Part shown: positions 9,950 through 20,500 of the stretch, one piece after another
Numbering within the stretch: position 1 is the first letter of the stretch
Layout of the letters: each line of letters opens with the position of its first letter
From: Calditrichia bacterium
Lineage (GTDB): Bacteria; Calditrichota; Calditrichia; RBG-13-44-9; J075
Assembly: GCA_050633245.1 (NCBI GenBank)
Contig: JBOEGD010000016.1
Span: 129,645-193,644 of the forward strand
Direction of reading: 5' to 3'
DNA length: 64,000 nt
Program-made: the position numbers and the translations under genes
The notes under the pieces: generated by a model
Told to the model about the DNA's origin: nothing
Databases searched by the model: none
The model's input: only the letters and a program-made list of their open reading frames with translations

Positions 9950-10005
9950 TCTGGCGTCTCGCCTCTCGCCTCTCGCCTCTCGCCTCTTGCCTCTTGCCTC
10001 TTGCC
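9950..10005. repeat. Heptamer tandem repeat (TCTCGCC x4, TCTTGCC x3, plus one degenerate unit)
   Basis: Read directly. It abuts the MscS stop codon. Confidence 0.95.
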
Positions 10006-11117
10006 TACTCCGCTTCCAAAAACGTCAATTCCTGCCTCGTTACCAGTCCTTTTTCCAGAAACTGTTCCATCACCAGCTCCGTCATTTCACTGGCAAAAGG
10101 AAATTCATATCGGACATCCAGCACATAAGCCTTCAGACGCATCTTAAGCAAGGACCGTCCCTGATGGATTTCATTTTTAAACAGCACCACAATCGGCTTG
10201 TTCAGAAAGACATAGCGCGATACCGCGGCCGCGCGATAGGCAATATCGCGAGCTTTATGCTGCTCTATATGTGCCGGAAGGAAGAACTCGGCAACGACCT
10301 GACAGTTCGACTCACCAGAGTTGGCATTGGACACCGACTGATTGATAATCTCGCCATTTGGTACCGAAACCGTATTGTCATCCGGTGTAACGAGGCGCAC
10401 GGTACGGAGTCCAATATTGATGACCTCGCCATAGTCGGTACCGATCTGGATCTTGTCCCCCACCTGAAACGGACGATCAAAAATGATCATGATTCCACCA
10501 AAGATATTCTTGAGAATATCCTGTGCAGCGAAGGTTAATCCAATTCCCGCCGAGGCAATCAGAGTAATCAGAGAGCTGCTGGGTGCCTGCATTATCACCG
10601 CTATGATGAAGTAAATAACAATCACCCAGCCAATAATGCGAATAATGGGCACCGAGCGCTTGATCAGCAGACGAAAGTTTGCCCAGCGCTCCGCAAGAAT
10701 TTCAGAAAGTGAGGTAAAGTATTTGAAAACGATATACGTAATGATGATTAGAAAAATCGATTTTAGAACTTGCGACAGCGTCAGTTCCCACTCTTCTTTG
10801 GGTTCTAAAACGGGTGTAGAATCAGTGGGTTTGGCGGCATCTGCTTGTCCATTCGCAACTGACTGATCCGTAGCAGAATCGGGCATTGACTTAGCTGCGC
10901 TGTCTTTCTCGGCATCCTCAGTTACCGCGACAATGCCAACTCCTGTGGCCGTCGCAGCATCCTGCAGCTTCTCCTTCAGTTCTTGCTGAACTTTTTTTGC
11001 TTCCGCAGCCAGCGAATCCGGATTATAGCCGGTAATGTAAGGCTGTGCGGAAATCGCAAAAGAAGCTGCAATAACAAACAGTAATATGTAGAAGCGTATT
11101 GAAGCCATTATAAACAT
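10005..11117 (-). CDS. MscS-family mechanosensitive channel with N-terminal signal/periplasmic extension
   Basis: GLTFAAQDILKNIFGG, DRPFQVGDKI, GEVINIGLRT, VPNG. Confidence 0.92.
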   Translation of the reverse strand: MFIMASIRFYILLFVIAASFAISAQPYITGYNPDSLAAEAKKVQQELKEKLQDAATATGVGIVAVTEDAEKDSAAKSMPDSATDQSVANGQADAAKPTDSTPVLEPKEEWELTLSQVLKSIFLIIITYIVFKYFTSLSEILAERWANFRLLIKRSVPIIRIIGWVIVIYFIIAVIMQAPSSSLITLIASAGIGLTFAAQDILKNIFGGIMIIFDRPFQVGDKIQIGTDYGEVINIGLRTVRLVTPDDNTVSVPNGEIINQSVSNANSGESNCQVVAEFFLPAHIEQHKARDIAYRAAAVSRYVFLNKPIVVLFKNEIHQGRSLLKMRLKAYVLDVRYEFPFASEMTELVMEQFLEKGLVTRQELTFLEAE

Positions 11118-11189
11118 TTTCCTTCAATTTGTTGCAACTCTGGAACTACGAAAAACCGCATATATATAACGGAAATAACGTATTCGATT

Positions 11190-11221
11190 AAGCGCCTCGA
11201 CTCCGCTCGGCGTGACAAACA
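11190..11221 (+). repeat. Dispersed hairpin repeat family A, copy 1
   Basis: AAGCGCCTCGACTCCGCTCGGCGTGACAAACA, identical to 43265..43296. Confidence 0.9.
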
Positions 11222-11232
11222 ACGATTCACTT

Positions 11233-11253
11233 TGAACCTTGAACTATGAACAT
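11233..11253. repeat. Heptamer tandem repeat TGAACNN x3
   Basis: TGAACCT TGAACTA TGAACAT, next to the stop of the 1027-aa gene. Confidence 0.6.
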
Positions 11254-11256
11254 TTT

Positions 11257-14200
11257 TTAATGCAAAATGTTGCGCATTGTAAGCGCACGAACCACCGGAC
11301 GATAGAGAAATGGATGAATACGGAAACCGGTTGGTTCATCCAGCAAAATGCCGCGCCGGCTCAGTGCGCGCAGAATACTCAGACTTTTTTCCTGCTCCTG
11401 ATGGAAAACAGAGGCATGCTCGTGAATCTCCAGCATATCATGCTGAACGAGTGCACCAAGCGTAAACAGCTCATCACCTTCCATTTGGAAGACAAAAGAA
11501 TAGTCAAAATCGATAACCGGATTTAAAACCAGCTCTTCTTCAGTGATTTTTTGAATGGCACGCAACCAGTAAAGCATCGCCACAGAAATATTGCCGGCAG
11601 AAATTTCCTGAAGCTGTTCGAAGAACATTTCGCGCAAATACACCTGCTCCTTACCTTCACGCATCATCTTGCGAAATTTTCGCTGCCGCTTGATTTTTCC
11701 CGGGATGTCGAACACCAGCCGATAACCGGTAACGCGGTGACGCTTTATCAGAATGTCTTCTACCATTTCTTTTTGCAATCCACCCAGAGATAAAACCCGT
11801 CCGAAATAACGACCAAATTTTAAAACGCGATCGAGATAGTCCCAACTATAGCGATTACAGCTAAAAATCCAAAAGACCTGCTTGGAAGACCGGATGATCA
11901 GCATCATAAAACGTTCGAGAAGCTGGAACCCGTCTACCGTTTTCAAAAATAAATTCTGGATATTTTCGACAATCAGAACAACCGGCTCTTCACGTTCAAC
12001 CAGCTGTTTTTCAAGATCTTCCCAGCTGTCCCCGGCAACGTCTGGAAAACCAGCCTTGAACATCTTCATGAACGTTTTTTCATCCTGAAGCGTTTCAGTA
12101 AAATCTACACGGTAGGTTTTCTCATCCTCAAACAGCGGCATTGCAAAGTTTATAAGCGTTGTACGTCCACTCCCCTTCTCGCCAACGATAATCGTCGTAA
12201 CGTCCATTCCGTTTTTCCAGTTCTGGAAATCGCTGCGTATCACTTCCAATTCCTTATCACGACCGGAAAAGAATCGTTCATCTTCCAAGGGCAATAATTG
12301 AAAAAGACGCTGATAGACATAGGGTAAATTATCTATTCGCTGATTGGTTTCGCTCAAAAAGTGTGCGAGCGTTTCACCCGCCATATCAGGCATATTCATT
12401 AGCCCGATAGTGCGCATTAATTCTACCCACCAAGCACGGATTTCTGTGCCCAAACTTTTGGCACTGCGCCAAAGATCGGCCCAAACACTCTTCAGGAAAC
12501 GCCAGGAATCCTTGCGCCACTGCAAGAGGCGCTGCCGCGCTTTAGCCTGCATTACCTGAACCTGTAGTGCCAACAACTTCTCGCTGTCCCTCAGGTCCTG
12601 CAAACGCACGCAGAAGGTGCGCGCTAACTCGAAAATGGCACCTTCGCTGTCGACGCGCATCTTGTCGAAGCGATCGATAAACAGATTGATCTTGCCACCG
12701 GCACGTTCAAGACCTTCGGTAAGCATTTTTCGCGCTTCGGGAAGCCCGTCTTCCTGTTCCAACATACCAAGTGCGGCATCGAGGTTGAACTCAACAATCT
12801 CATCAATTTCGGAAATACCCAGCAGCATCTTTTCAATACTTCGACTGAGCTTCTTGCGAAACTCGGTCAGTTCATTATCAAATGACAGGAAGAATTCATT
12901 TTCGATAATTTCCTTTATCTGAACATCATCAACCGAGGAGCGCGGCGGCTTATTTTCTTTGTCTCGAACACGAAGAATCGTCTGTTTGGGCGGCAAGATT
13001 TCTATAGCCGACTTTACTTCCTGCTGGAAGCCACGCATAAGCAGGCTAAGTTTGGAACGCAGAAGCGTGTCCATAATATTGGGTAAAATTTCATTGCGGA
13101 GAAGATTAACCAACTGTCGATTTTCTTTTGCAATGGCGCGACGTAATTCTCGCTTTTGCTTGCGCAATTCAACCTTGCTGATTTCACCGTCGGCATCGCC
13201 GCTTTTATTCGCTGCAGCTTCAGCCTGCTTGGCAAACTTTGCGACCGATTCCTTTATTATCGCACCGGTTTCAGCTAAAACCGGCTTCATATCTTCTTCT
13301 ATCTTTTGACGAAAAGTTGCGTTCAGCCTCAAATATTCGCAGCCAATGGTAAGCTGTAGAGAAAACAGCGCGATCTCCTGTTCCCAACTTTGACTTTCGG
13401 CATCGGTGTGAATCTTCCAGGCATTTCTGTCTCGATTAAAGTTAGCCGTTAATTCGGCATTCTTTTCGCGCAGCTTGCTCTGAGAATAAGAGGCAGGTTT
13501 CAGCTCACCTTTTTGTGCATTTTCCCACTCTTTTCGAAAAAGTTCGCTGTTGGTTTGCCACCAGGTTTCAAAGCGCTCCATCGCAGCAGCTTTGCTTTGC
13601 GTCGTGCCGCGCAACGTTTCTGTAATCTTTTCTGTTAAGCCACGCTGCTCGCGAATATGGTCGACTAAATCCAGCGCCTGATTGCGAATCCAAACCTGTT
13701 CCGCGTTTTGCAACAGTAATAGTAGTTGGTTAACCGAGCGATCGATCTCATAGATTTCATTCAGATCTTTTGAAGCTTCGTATAAAAACTCACTCCATTC
13801 GCGAAGCAAAACACGCTGGAAGGGCTGGAAAAGGTGTAGACGGATAAAAGCATGCTGGGGAAAGTTTTCTATAACAGCTTTGTCAAATGGGTTCCACCAT
13901 TTGCCATTGGGCAGCGGAGTAGCAAAGAGCGCCTCTTCGGGCAGTTCCCGCAGCGTAAAGATGCTTTGTTTAATGAAGCTGCCAAAAAATTCGCGCGCCG
14001 GAAGTTCATCGGGCACATAGTGCAATCCTTTGCACCATTTGACCAATTCACGTGAATACTTTAACAGTTCCTGCCAAACTTCTTCGAGCGTTCCTTCACT
14101 CTCTATTCGCTGATTCACGCGATCCAACGCAGCGTTCAAATTCTTGCTATAGCTGGTCAGCTTGCCATCGTGCATGCCGTACCACTCGTCCAAACGCTGC

Positions 14201-14340
14201 TCAAGATAAGCCACTAGAGAGGGCTTTAGCTGCTCCAGAGCCTGTTCGGAAGACTGCACAGCTTCAACAGAGGACTTCTCCGGAACCTGCTCTGTAGTTT
14301 GCGTGCTTTCTGCAGATGATTTTTCTTCAGTAGAGTTCAA
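11257..14340 (-). CDS. Large helical protein with C-terminal P-loop NTPase (AAA+/STAND-like) and winged helix
   Basis: FFSGRDKEL, Walker A-like GEKGSGRTT, Walker B-like VLIVENIQNLF, SAGN, C-terminal wHTH-like LSRRGILL..FRIHPFL. Confidence 0.75.
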   Translation of the reverse strand: MNSTEEKSSAESTQTTEQVPEKSSVEAVQSSEQALEQLKPSLVAYLEQRLDEWYGMHDGKLTSYSKNLNAALDRVNQRIESEGTLEEVWQELLKYSRELVKWCKGLHYVPDELPAREFFGSFIKQSIFTLRELPEEALFATPLPNGKWWNPFDKAVIENFPQHAFIRLHLFQPFQRVLLREWSEFLYEASKDLNEIYEIDRSVNQLLLLLQNAEQVWIRNQALDLVDHIREQRGLTEKITETLRGTTQSKAAAMERFETWWQTNSELFRKEWENAQKGELKPASYSQSKLREKNAELTANFNRDRNAWKIHTDAESQSWEQEIALFSLQLTIGCEYLRLNATFRQKIEEDMKPVLAETGAIIKESVAKFAKQAEAAANKSGDADGEISKVELRKQKRELRRAIAKENRQLVNLLRNEILPNIMDTLLRSKLSLLMRGFQQEVKSAIEILPPKQTILRVRDKENKPPRSSVDDVQIKEIIENEFFLSFDNELTEFRKKLSRSIEKMLLGISEIDEIVEFNLDAALGMLEQEDGLPEARKMLTEGLERAGGKINLFIDRFDKMRVDSEGAIFELARTFCVRLQDLRDSEKLLALQVQVMQAKARQRLLQWRKDSWRFLKSVWADLWRSAKSLGTEIRAWWVELMRTIGLMNMPDMAGETLAHFLSETNQRIDNLPYVYQRLFQLLPLEDERFFSGRDKELEVIRSDFQNWKNGMDVTTIIVGEKGSGRTTLINFAMPLFEDEKTYRVDFTETLQDEKTFMKMFKAGFPDVAGDSWEDLEKQLVEREEPVVLIVENIQNLFLKTVDGFQLLERFMMLIIRSSKQVFWIFSCNRYSWDYLDRVLKFGRYFGRVLSLGGLQKEMVEDILIKRHRVTGYRLVFDIPGKIKRQRKFRKMMREGKEQVYLREMFFEQLQEISAGNISVAMLYWLRAIQKITEEELVLNPVIDFDYSFVFQMEGDELFTLGALVQHDMLEIHEHASVFHQEQEKSLSILRALSRRGILLDEPTGFRIHPFLYRPVVRALTMRNILH

Positions 14341-15514
14341 TTTTTGTTAACCTTCCATCAAGTGAACCATTGACCAGCGGAATTTTCCGGCTCGGCCGTA
14401 AGCCAAGTGAACCAATCAACTTTCGATCTCCAAAGTATACCCACGCTGTGCATCCGGTACAGTGACGTTTGAGAAAATCTCCGAACGTTTTATAAAACAA
14501 TCGCATATCATCACAGGAATTGAGCCGTAATCCATATGGTGGATTGCAAACAATGGTCGTGTTTTCAAAATCCGGCAGCGATTCATAAGACGCGACGCTA
14601 AGATCAATTGCCTTCCCATCCGGCAACCGCGCACAGTTTGCCCGGCTGGCATAAACGGCATCTTCAGAAATATCGCTGCCAGCAAGCAGGCCTTTTGGTA
14701 GAGACCGAATTTTTTCTGCGGATGTCACTTTCATCTTATCCCAAAGTCCGGCATCGAAATCTGGCAGCAGGCCAACGCCAAAATCTTTGCGTAAATATCC
14801 TGAAGGAACATTTGCCCAGGACATTAGCGCCTCGCAAAGAAGTGTACCCGAGCCACAAAATGGATCGTAAAGTGGCGTTTCACCCGTCCAGCCGCTCATG
14901 CGAATAATCGCGGCGGCAACGGTTTCCTGAATCGGGGCTTCCACGCTCTTTACCCGATAACCACGACGATGCATGGCACCACCGGAGACATCAACGCTGA
15001 CAATACCACGATCATTCTCTATACGAAGATTGATCTGCAAATCGGGATCTATTTTCTGCACGGACGGGCGACCGCCACTGCGCTCGCGATAGCGGTCGAC
15101 AACCGCATCTTTTAACCTGAGAGCTGCAAAATGCGAGTGCGTCATCTTGCTGTTTGCCGTCGTTGCGAAAATGGCAAATGTCTCATCCTTCTTCAGCAGT
15201 GTTTCCCAGGGAATCAACTTACCGCGTTTGTAAAGCTGTTCATCGCTTGCACATGGAAAAGTAGATATCGGGGCAAGCACCCTGCTCAACAGGCGAGAAT
15301 TGTAAACGATGCGATAAAGAACTTCTTTTGATGCGCTAAAGTAGATTCCGCGATAAGCAGCTCGAATTCCAGTAGCACCAAGTTCACCCAGCTCTTCGCT
15401 GCCCAGCTCTTCCATTCCTCCGGCAACCTGTGCAAAATACTGTCCGTTTTTCTGATACAGAAACAAGAAGATCTCTTTTCGTGTGTTTGAAAGGTTTAAA
15501 GCTACGCATCCCAT
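14327..15514 (-). CDS. THUMP-domain RNA m2G methyltransferase (RlmL/YpsC-like)
   Basis: MHRRGYR, APIQETVAAA, DPFCGSGT, NPPYG. Probable start is TTG 15466. Confidence 0.92.
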   Translation of the reverse strand: MGCVALNLSNTRKEIFLFLYQKNGQYFAQVAGGMEELGSEELGELGATGIRAAYRGIYFSASKEVLYRIVYNSRLLSRVLAPISTFPCASDEQLYKRGKLIPWETLLKKDETFAIFATTANSKMTHSHFAALRLKDAVVDRYRERSGGRPSVQKIDPDLQINLRIENDRGIVSVDVSGGAMHRRGYRVKSVEAPIQETVAAAIIRMSGWTGETPLYDPFCGSGTLLCEALMSWANVPSGYLRKDFGVGLLPDFDAGLWDKMKVTSAEKIRSLPKGLLAGSDISEDAVYASRANCARLPDGKAIDLSVASYESLPDFENTTIVCNPPYGLRLNSCDDMRLFYKTFGDFLKRHCTGCTAWVYFGDRKLIGSLGLRPSRKIPLVNGSLDGRLTKIELY

Positions 15515-15658
15515 TGTAAAGTCAGAATATACGAAACCGTCACCTTCAACGCAATCGGGCGATTCGCTTCTTTCTACAGCTTGTGAAAGAGCACTTGAAA
15601 TTGCTTTTGAGGTAGCGTATGTTTTAAAAGCAACCAGTATTCAGAATAAGGAGACCAC

Positions 15659-17095
15659 TTGTCTCAGCAACCGCAAAATATCAATAATACACCGCACGAT
15701 ATAGAGCACATCTTTCAGAAGCAGCTAGCCTTTGCTCCAAAGGTCAAGCAGAGCAGTTATCGGGAGCGAAAAGCAAAGCTAAAAAATCTATTAAAGTGGA
15801 TTTACGCAAATCAACCGCGTATTCACGCTGCCCTGGCGGCAGACTTTCGCAAGCCTGAAGCAGAGGTCGATTTAACTGAAATATTCGTTGTGACCAGCGA
15901 ATTAAAACATACGGTGCGCCACCTGCGTTATTGGATGTATCCCGACTATGTAGCGCCAAACCTCGCGCTGCTCACCACACGCTCCAAGATTCTCTATGAA
16001 CCCAAAGGCACTGTCCTGATCATCTCACCGTGGAATTATCCATTTAATTTGACCGTTTCACCGCTCGTGTCAGCGATTGCGGCGGGAAATACGGTTATGA
16101 TAAAACCGTCCGAGCTTTCGCCAAATACCTCGCAACTGCTTCAGGAAATGGTCAGCGAGCTTTTTCAGGAAGAAGAGGTCGCGCTTTTTCAGGGCGGCGT
16201 CGACGTTTCGACCGAACTGCTGAAGCAACCGTTTCATCATATCTTCTTTACCGGTAGTCCACGAGTTGGTAAGATCGTTATGGAAGCCGCTTCAAAAAAC
16301 TTGTCCGGTGTTACTCTCGAGCTGGGTGGCAAGTCGCCGGCAATTGTCGACAAGAGCGCCAATCTTAAGGATGCCGCAGCAAAACTGGTTTGGGGAAAGT
16401 TCAGTAACTGTGGACAAACGTGTATCGCGCCGGACTATGTATTGGTTGATAAAGCGGTGATCGAAAAACTGGGCAACGAGCTTCAGCTGGCAGTGCAGGC
16501 CGCCTATGGCAAGACGGCGGAGCAGCGTGAAGCCAGTCCGGATTACGCGCGCATCATCTCGCAAAGACATCTCAACAGGCTTCTGGACATGCTGGCTGAA
16601 AGCCTCGACTCGAACGCCAGGCTTCTTATTGGCGGTGATTCCAGTGCAAACGATCGCTATTTCTCTCCAACCATCCTGACAGATGTGCCGAACGATAGCC
16701 GTTTGATGCAGGAGGAGATTTTCGGTCCGATTTTACCTGTTATCGCCTATCAGGATCTCAACGAAGCACTCAGTATTATCAATTCGCGTGAAAAGCCGCT
16801 GGCACTGTACATATTCAGCAAGAACCGCAAAGTCACCAATCGTCTGCTTGCAGAAACGACAGCCGGTGGCACCGGGGTAAACGAAGTGCTATTGCAGTTT
16901 GCTCATCCCAATCTACCCTTCGGCGGAATAAACAATAGCGGCCTTGGCAATTCGCATGGATTTTATGGCTTCCGGGCGTTTTCACATGAACGACCGGTGT
17001 TAAGACATAATGCCTTGAGTCCGCTAAAGCTGCTAATGCCTCCTTATTCCAAAACTGTTCGAAAATTAACCAAACTTGTAGCCCGTTTTCTATAA
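15659..17095 (+). CDS. Aldehyde dehydrogenase, ALDH3/CalB-like family
   Basis: ISPWNYP, KPSE, FTGS, LELGGKSP, GQTCIAPD, EEIFGP. RBS AAGGAG before TTG. Confidence 0.95.
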   Translation: MSQQPQNINNTPHDIEHIFQKQLAFAPKVKQSSYRERKAKLKNLLKWIYANQPRIHAALAADFRKPEAEVDLTEIFVVTSELKHTVRHLRYWMYPDYVAPNLALLTTRSKILYEPKGTVLIISPWNYPFNLTVSPLVSAIAAGNTVMIKPSELSPNTSQLLQEMVSELFQEEEVALFQGGVDVSTELLKQPFHHIFFTGSPRVGKIVMEAASKNLSGVTLELGGKSPAIVDKSANLKDAAAKLVWGKFSNCGQTCIAPDYVLVDKAVIEKLGNELQLAVQAAYGKTAEQREASPDYARIISQRHLNRLLDMLAESLDSNARLLIGGDSSANDRYFSPTILTDVPNDSRLMQEEIFGPILPVIAYQDLNEALSIINSREKPLALYIFSKNRKVTNRLLAETTAGGTGVNEVLLQFAHPNLPFGGINNSGLGNSHGFYGFRAFSHERPVLRHNALSPLKLLMPPYSKTVRKLTKLVARFL

Positions 17096-17589
17096 AAACC
17101 GCCTTAAGCCGGCCAGACCGACAAAATCGCTGGCTTGGTTCTTGCAAAAGATGAAAGAAGATTTTCAACTCTCAGTTTGGTTCTTTGCCAAAATAATTGT
17201 ATTTTAATGCATTACAGCCTCTGGAGGAGGCGTACTTTTTCCCAAAAACATCCGGATGTTGTCGCAAAAGTAGCGTTTTAATATTCATTTTCCAGCTACT
17301 TTCGCTTGCGGAACTATTTTTCGTAAGGGCTTGTTTATTTAAGGCTTACAAAAAAACCTGCTCTTTTTATTAAAATTAGCTCTTTGTCAACTGCTTTATT
17401 TGTATCGATGCTGTTTCCTCCATCCTCTAATCATACGAATCCGGAAAGTTATTGTGGCTTACGCTTCCTCCCGGAGTGGATCAGACATAATACCATGACT
17501 ATTTGTGTACAATTTGTGCGCACAGTTATCGGTTATCTCAGGCAGTCAAACGTGAATTTTATGAGGTCTACTATAGAAAAGAGGTTACC

Positions 17590-20500
17590 ATGGCGAATTC
17601 AGAACATCTTGCCATAATCAAGTCCGGCGTTGAGGAGTGGAACGCCTGGCGAAAAAAGAATCTGGACATTTCTCCCGATTTACGTGACGCAAACTTGCGC
17701 GGCGCTCAGCTTGATAATGCCATTTTGCGGGATGCCGATTTGTCAGGTGCAAATCTATCCGGTGCATCGCTTAAGGAAGCAGATCTTAGCAAAGCGGTTA
17801 TAAATGAAGCCAATCTGTCTGGTGCAGATCTTAGCCGGGCAAATCTATATCGCGCAAAAATGCGGCGCTGCAACCTTACCGGTGCAGACATGCGTCAGGT
17901 CGTGCTCTATCAGGCTAATCTCACCTACGCAAATCTCTCGCGAGCCAATTTAAGCAAGGCCAACCTGCGAAAAGCCAATGTGTCTAAGGCAGATCTCAGT
18001 AAGGTCTACTTCAGCAAAGGCAAAGCCGAAGAAACCAGTTTTAATGAAGCCAATTTAGAAAAAGCGAACCTCTACGAGTCCAATCTTGTACAGGCCGACC
18101 TTACCGATGCCAACCTGTCCGGTGCGGTAATGTATAAAGCAAATCTTTCGGAAGCCGATTTCGAAGGCGCCAATCTTAAAAATGCCAATCTAAACCTGAC
18201 CAATTTACAGAACGCGACGCTCAACCGCACTCAGCTCGAAGGTGCCAAGCTTACCGGTTCTACCGTGAGCAATATTTCGATTCATGATGCAGTGCATAGC
18301 AATAGCGAACAGCTCGACCTTGTTGTAACGCAATCTGATGGCGTGCTGGTTAAATGTGATGATATGCGCGTTGCCAATCAGCTTGAAAAGCTGTTAAGGC
18401 ACGATGATTTTGAAAACACGCTCGATTCCAACAAGCTGGTCGTATTGCTCGGCAACTTTTCCGCCGATCGCAAGATAATCAAAGGACGTATTCTGGAAGA
18501 AGTGCGTAAAGACGGCCTCAATCCTCTGCAGTTGGAATGTCTGTCTACACCGGAAGCTGAATTTAGAGCGAAGCTCAATCGGCTGGCCGGTGCAACAAAC
18601 TGGTTGATTTTCGATGCTACGCAGGCAGCCGACCTAATCGATCAGGTTCTGCCGATTCTTACCAATTACCCGGACCTGAAGGTAACGGCGTTTGTGGAAT
18701 CCGCTACCCGTTGGCAGGTGGCTACACCATTTGCTCATTATGTAGAGCGCTTTCCGCTTGGAGAATATGAAAACCCCGAAGATATTCCCGAACTACTTTC
18801 CTTTAGCCGCTCGCAGGAAACTCAGGCACCGCGCCTGATTATTCTTCCGGACGACGCTGCGGCCGTAGAAGAGCCACAAGCGCAACCTCAAGAAATTCCA
18901 GATTCCGAAGAGACGATCCAGCTGAATCCTGCTGAGATTATGGCACTTGCCGGTAAGGATGCAGAAATAGAGGCTGAGGTAGAAGAAAATCTTGAAGCAA
19001 TTAGCGAAGAGCTGGTTACCGAGGCCAAAGAGGCAGAAGAAGTTCCTATTGAGGCCGTAGAGGAAGAAATTTCTGTAGAGGAAGACGTTGAAGAAGAAGA
19101 TATTGCGGACGAAGCCCCTGTCGAAGGGCAAAAAGAAGAGGAACAAATAGAAGAAACTGCTAGGGATGAAGACGATTCGGTTGAAGAATTTACCGAAGAA
19201 ACCCTCAGCGAACATTATACCGGAGATAACTCCGATAGTTTTATCGGCGAGAATGTAGTGATTGTCCCGGCGAACGGCCAGGCGCCGAGCGTTGCAGCCA
19301 GCAGTGAGACCAAGGCGGAAGACATTGTCATAACCGCGCCGAAAGGTTCAAAAAATCCATTCGCCGATGTAATGAATCCGGTCGAGAAAACCACCAAGAA
19401 AAAAGTGGATCTGAAGTTTCCAACTGCCGGACAAGAACTGATGCCCGCTCAGAAAACGGTTGTCATTTTAGAAGGCGATGAACGTCAACAGACGGTGAAA
19501 CCGAAATCGAATTCCAGGATATGGATCGGTCTCGCAGCAGCCGCAGTGCTATTTAGCGGCATGTTTTTTGGTTGGAATCGCCTGCATAGCGACGTAATGA
19601 TTGTTGCACCAAAATCTGCGAATGCCTTTATTCAGCTAAACGGCAATGTGGTAAGTCTACATAAACAGGAGGGCGACAAGAGTTATTATCTCGCAGAATC
19701 CCAGTTTATCGGCAACACGCCGCTAACTGTTTTTTCAACTCAGATTTCTGAAATGGGACAGGAAGAATTTGTCCGCTATAAGCGTTACGAAGGCGAAATA
19801 GACGTGTCTCGTGGTGAAGATGGCATCTTTACGTATGAAGTCGGATTCCAGCCGCTTTATCGCGTTAGCAAGGTGGCAACGGGTAAATTTCCGGCAATCG
19901 ACGCAGCCGGAAAGACTATTGCCTACACCAAGGCAGCAGACAATAGCAAGCGCAATGCTCGTCAAGAGCTATATATTAAGGATTTACAGAGTGGTACAGA
20001 GACTAAAGTCGAGCCGCGAAACCGGCGCTCCCTAAATTGGGATGGCGAGCGGCCTTACCTGCTGGGTGATGGTGAAAGCCTTTTTATTGGCGCCTACCAG
20101 TATCGTGCCGATAAAACGCTGCCGTATCGCGTGGATTTGGCAAGTGGACAAATGACTAAGCTCGATTTACCGGCAAATGAAAAGTGGCTGAGCTTTTTAC
20201 CGCTGGCCGGTGGAGAAAAACTGGCATTTCGCAATAAACTGTATGACGCAGAAGGCAATGAATTAAAAGAGTTCAGCAGCAATCGCCCGTATCTTGATAA
20301 GCTTTATCCCGCGGGAGACGATGGCCTGTTGTTTTTTGACAAGACCAAGAATAAGAAAAACCGCATTAGCTTCGACTGCTACTATAGCAAGTTGGGTTCA
20401 GCAACTCCACAAAAGCTTTTCTCGGTTTCAGCAAACATTCCGCCTTTTGTTTCCGCATCCAAGAATGCAGAGACCGTTGTCGTGAGCACTTATTCCGGAT

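Noticed and set aside
18793-19215. Phe-rich 140-aa ORF
   Set aside because: It is the antisense shadow of the GAA-rich acidic linker.
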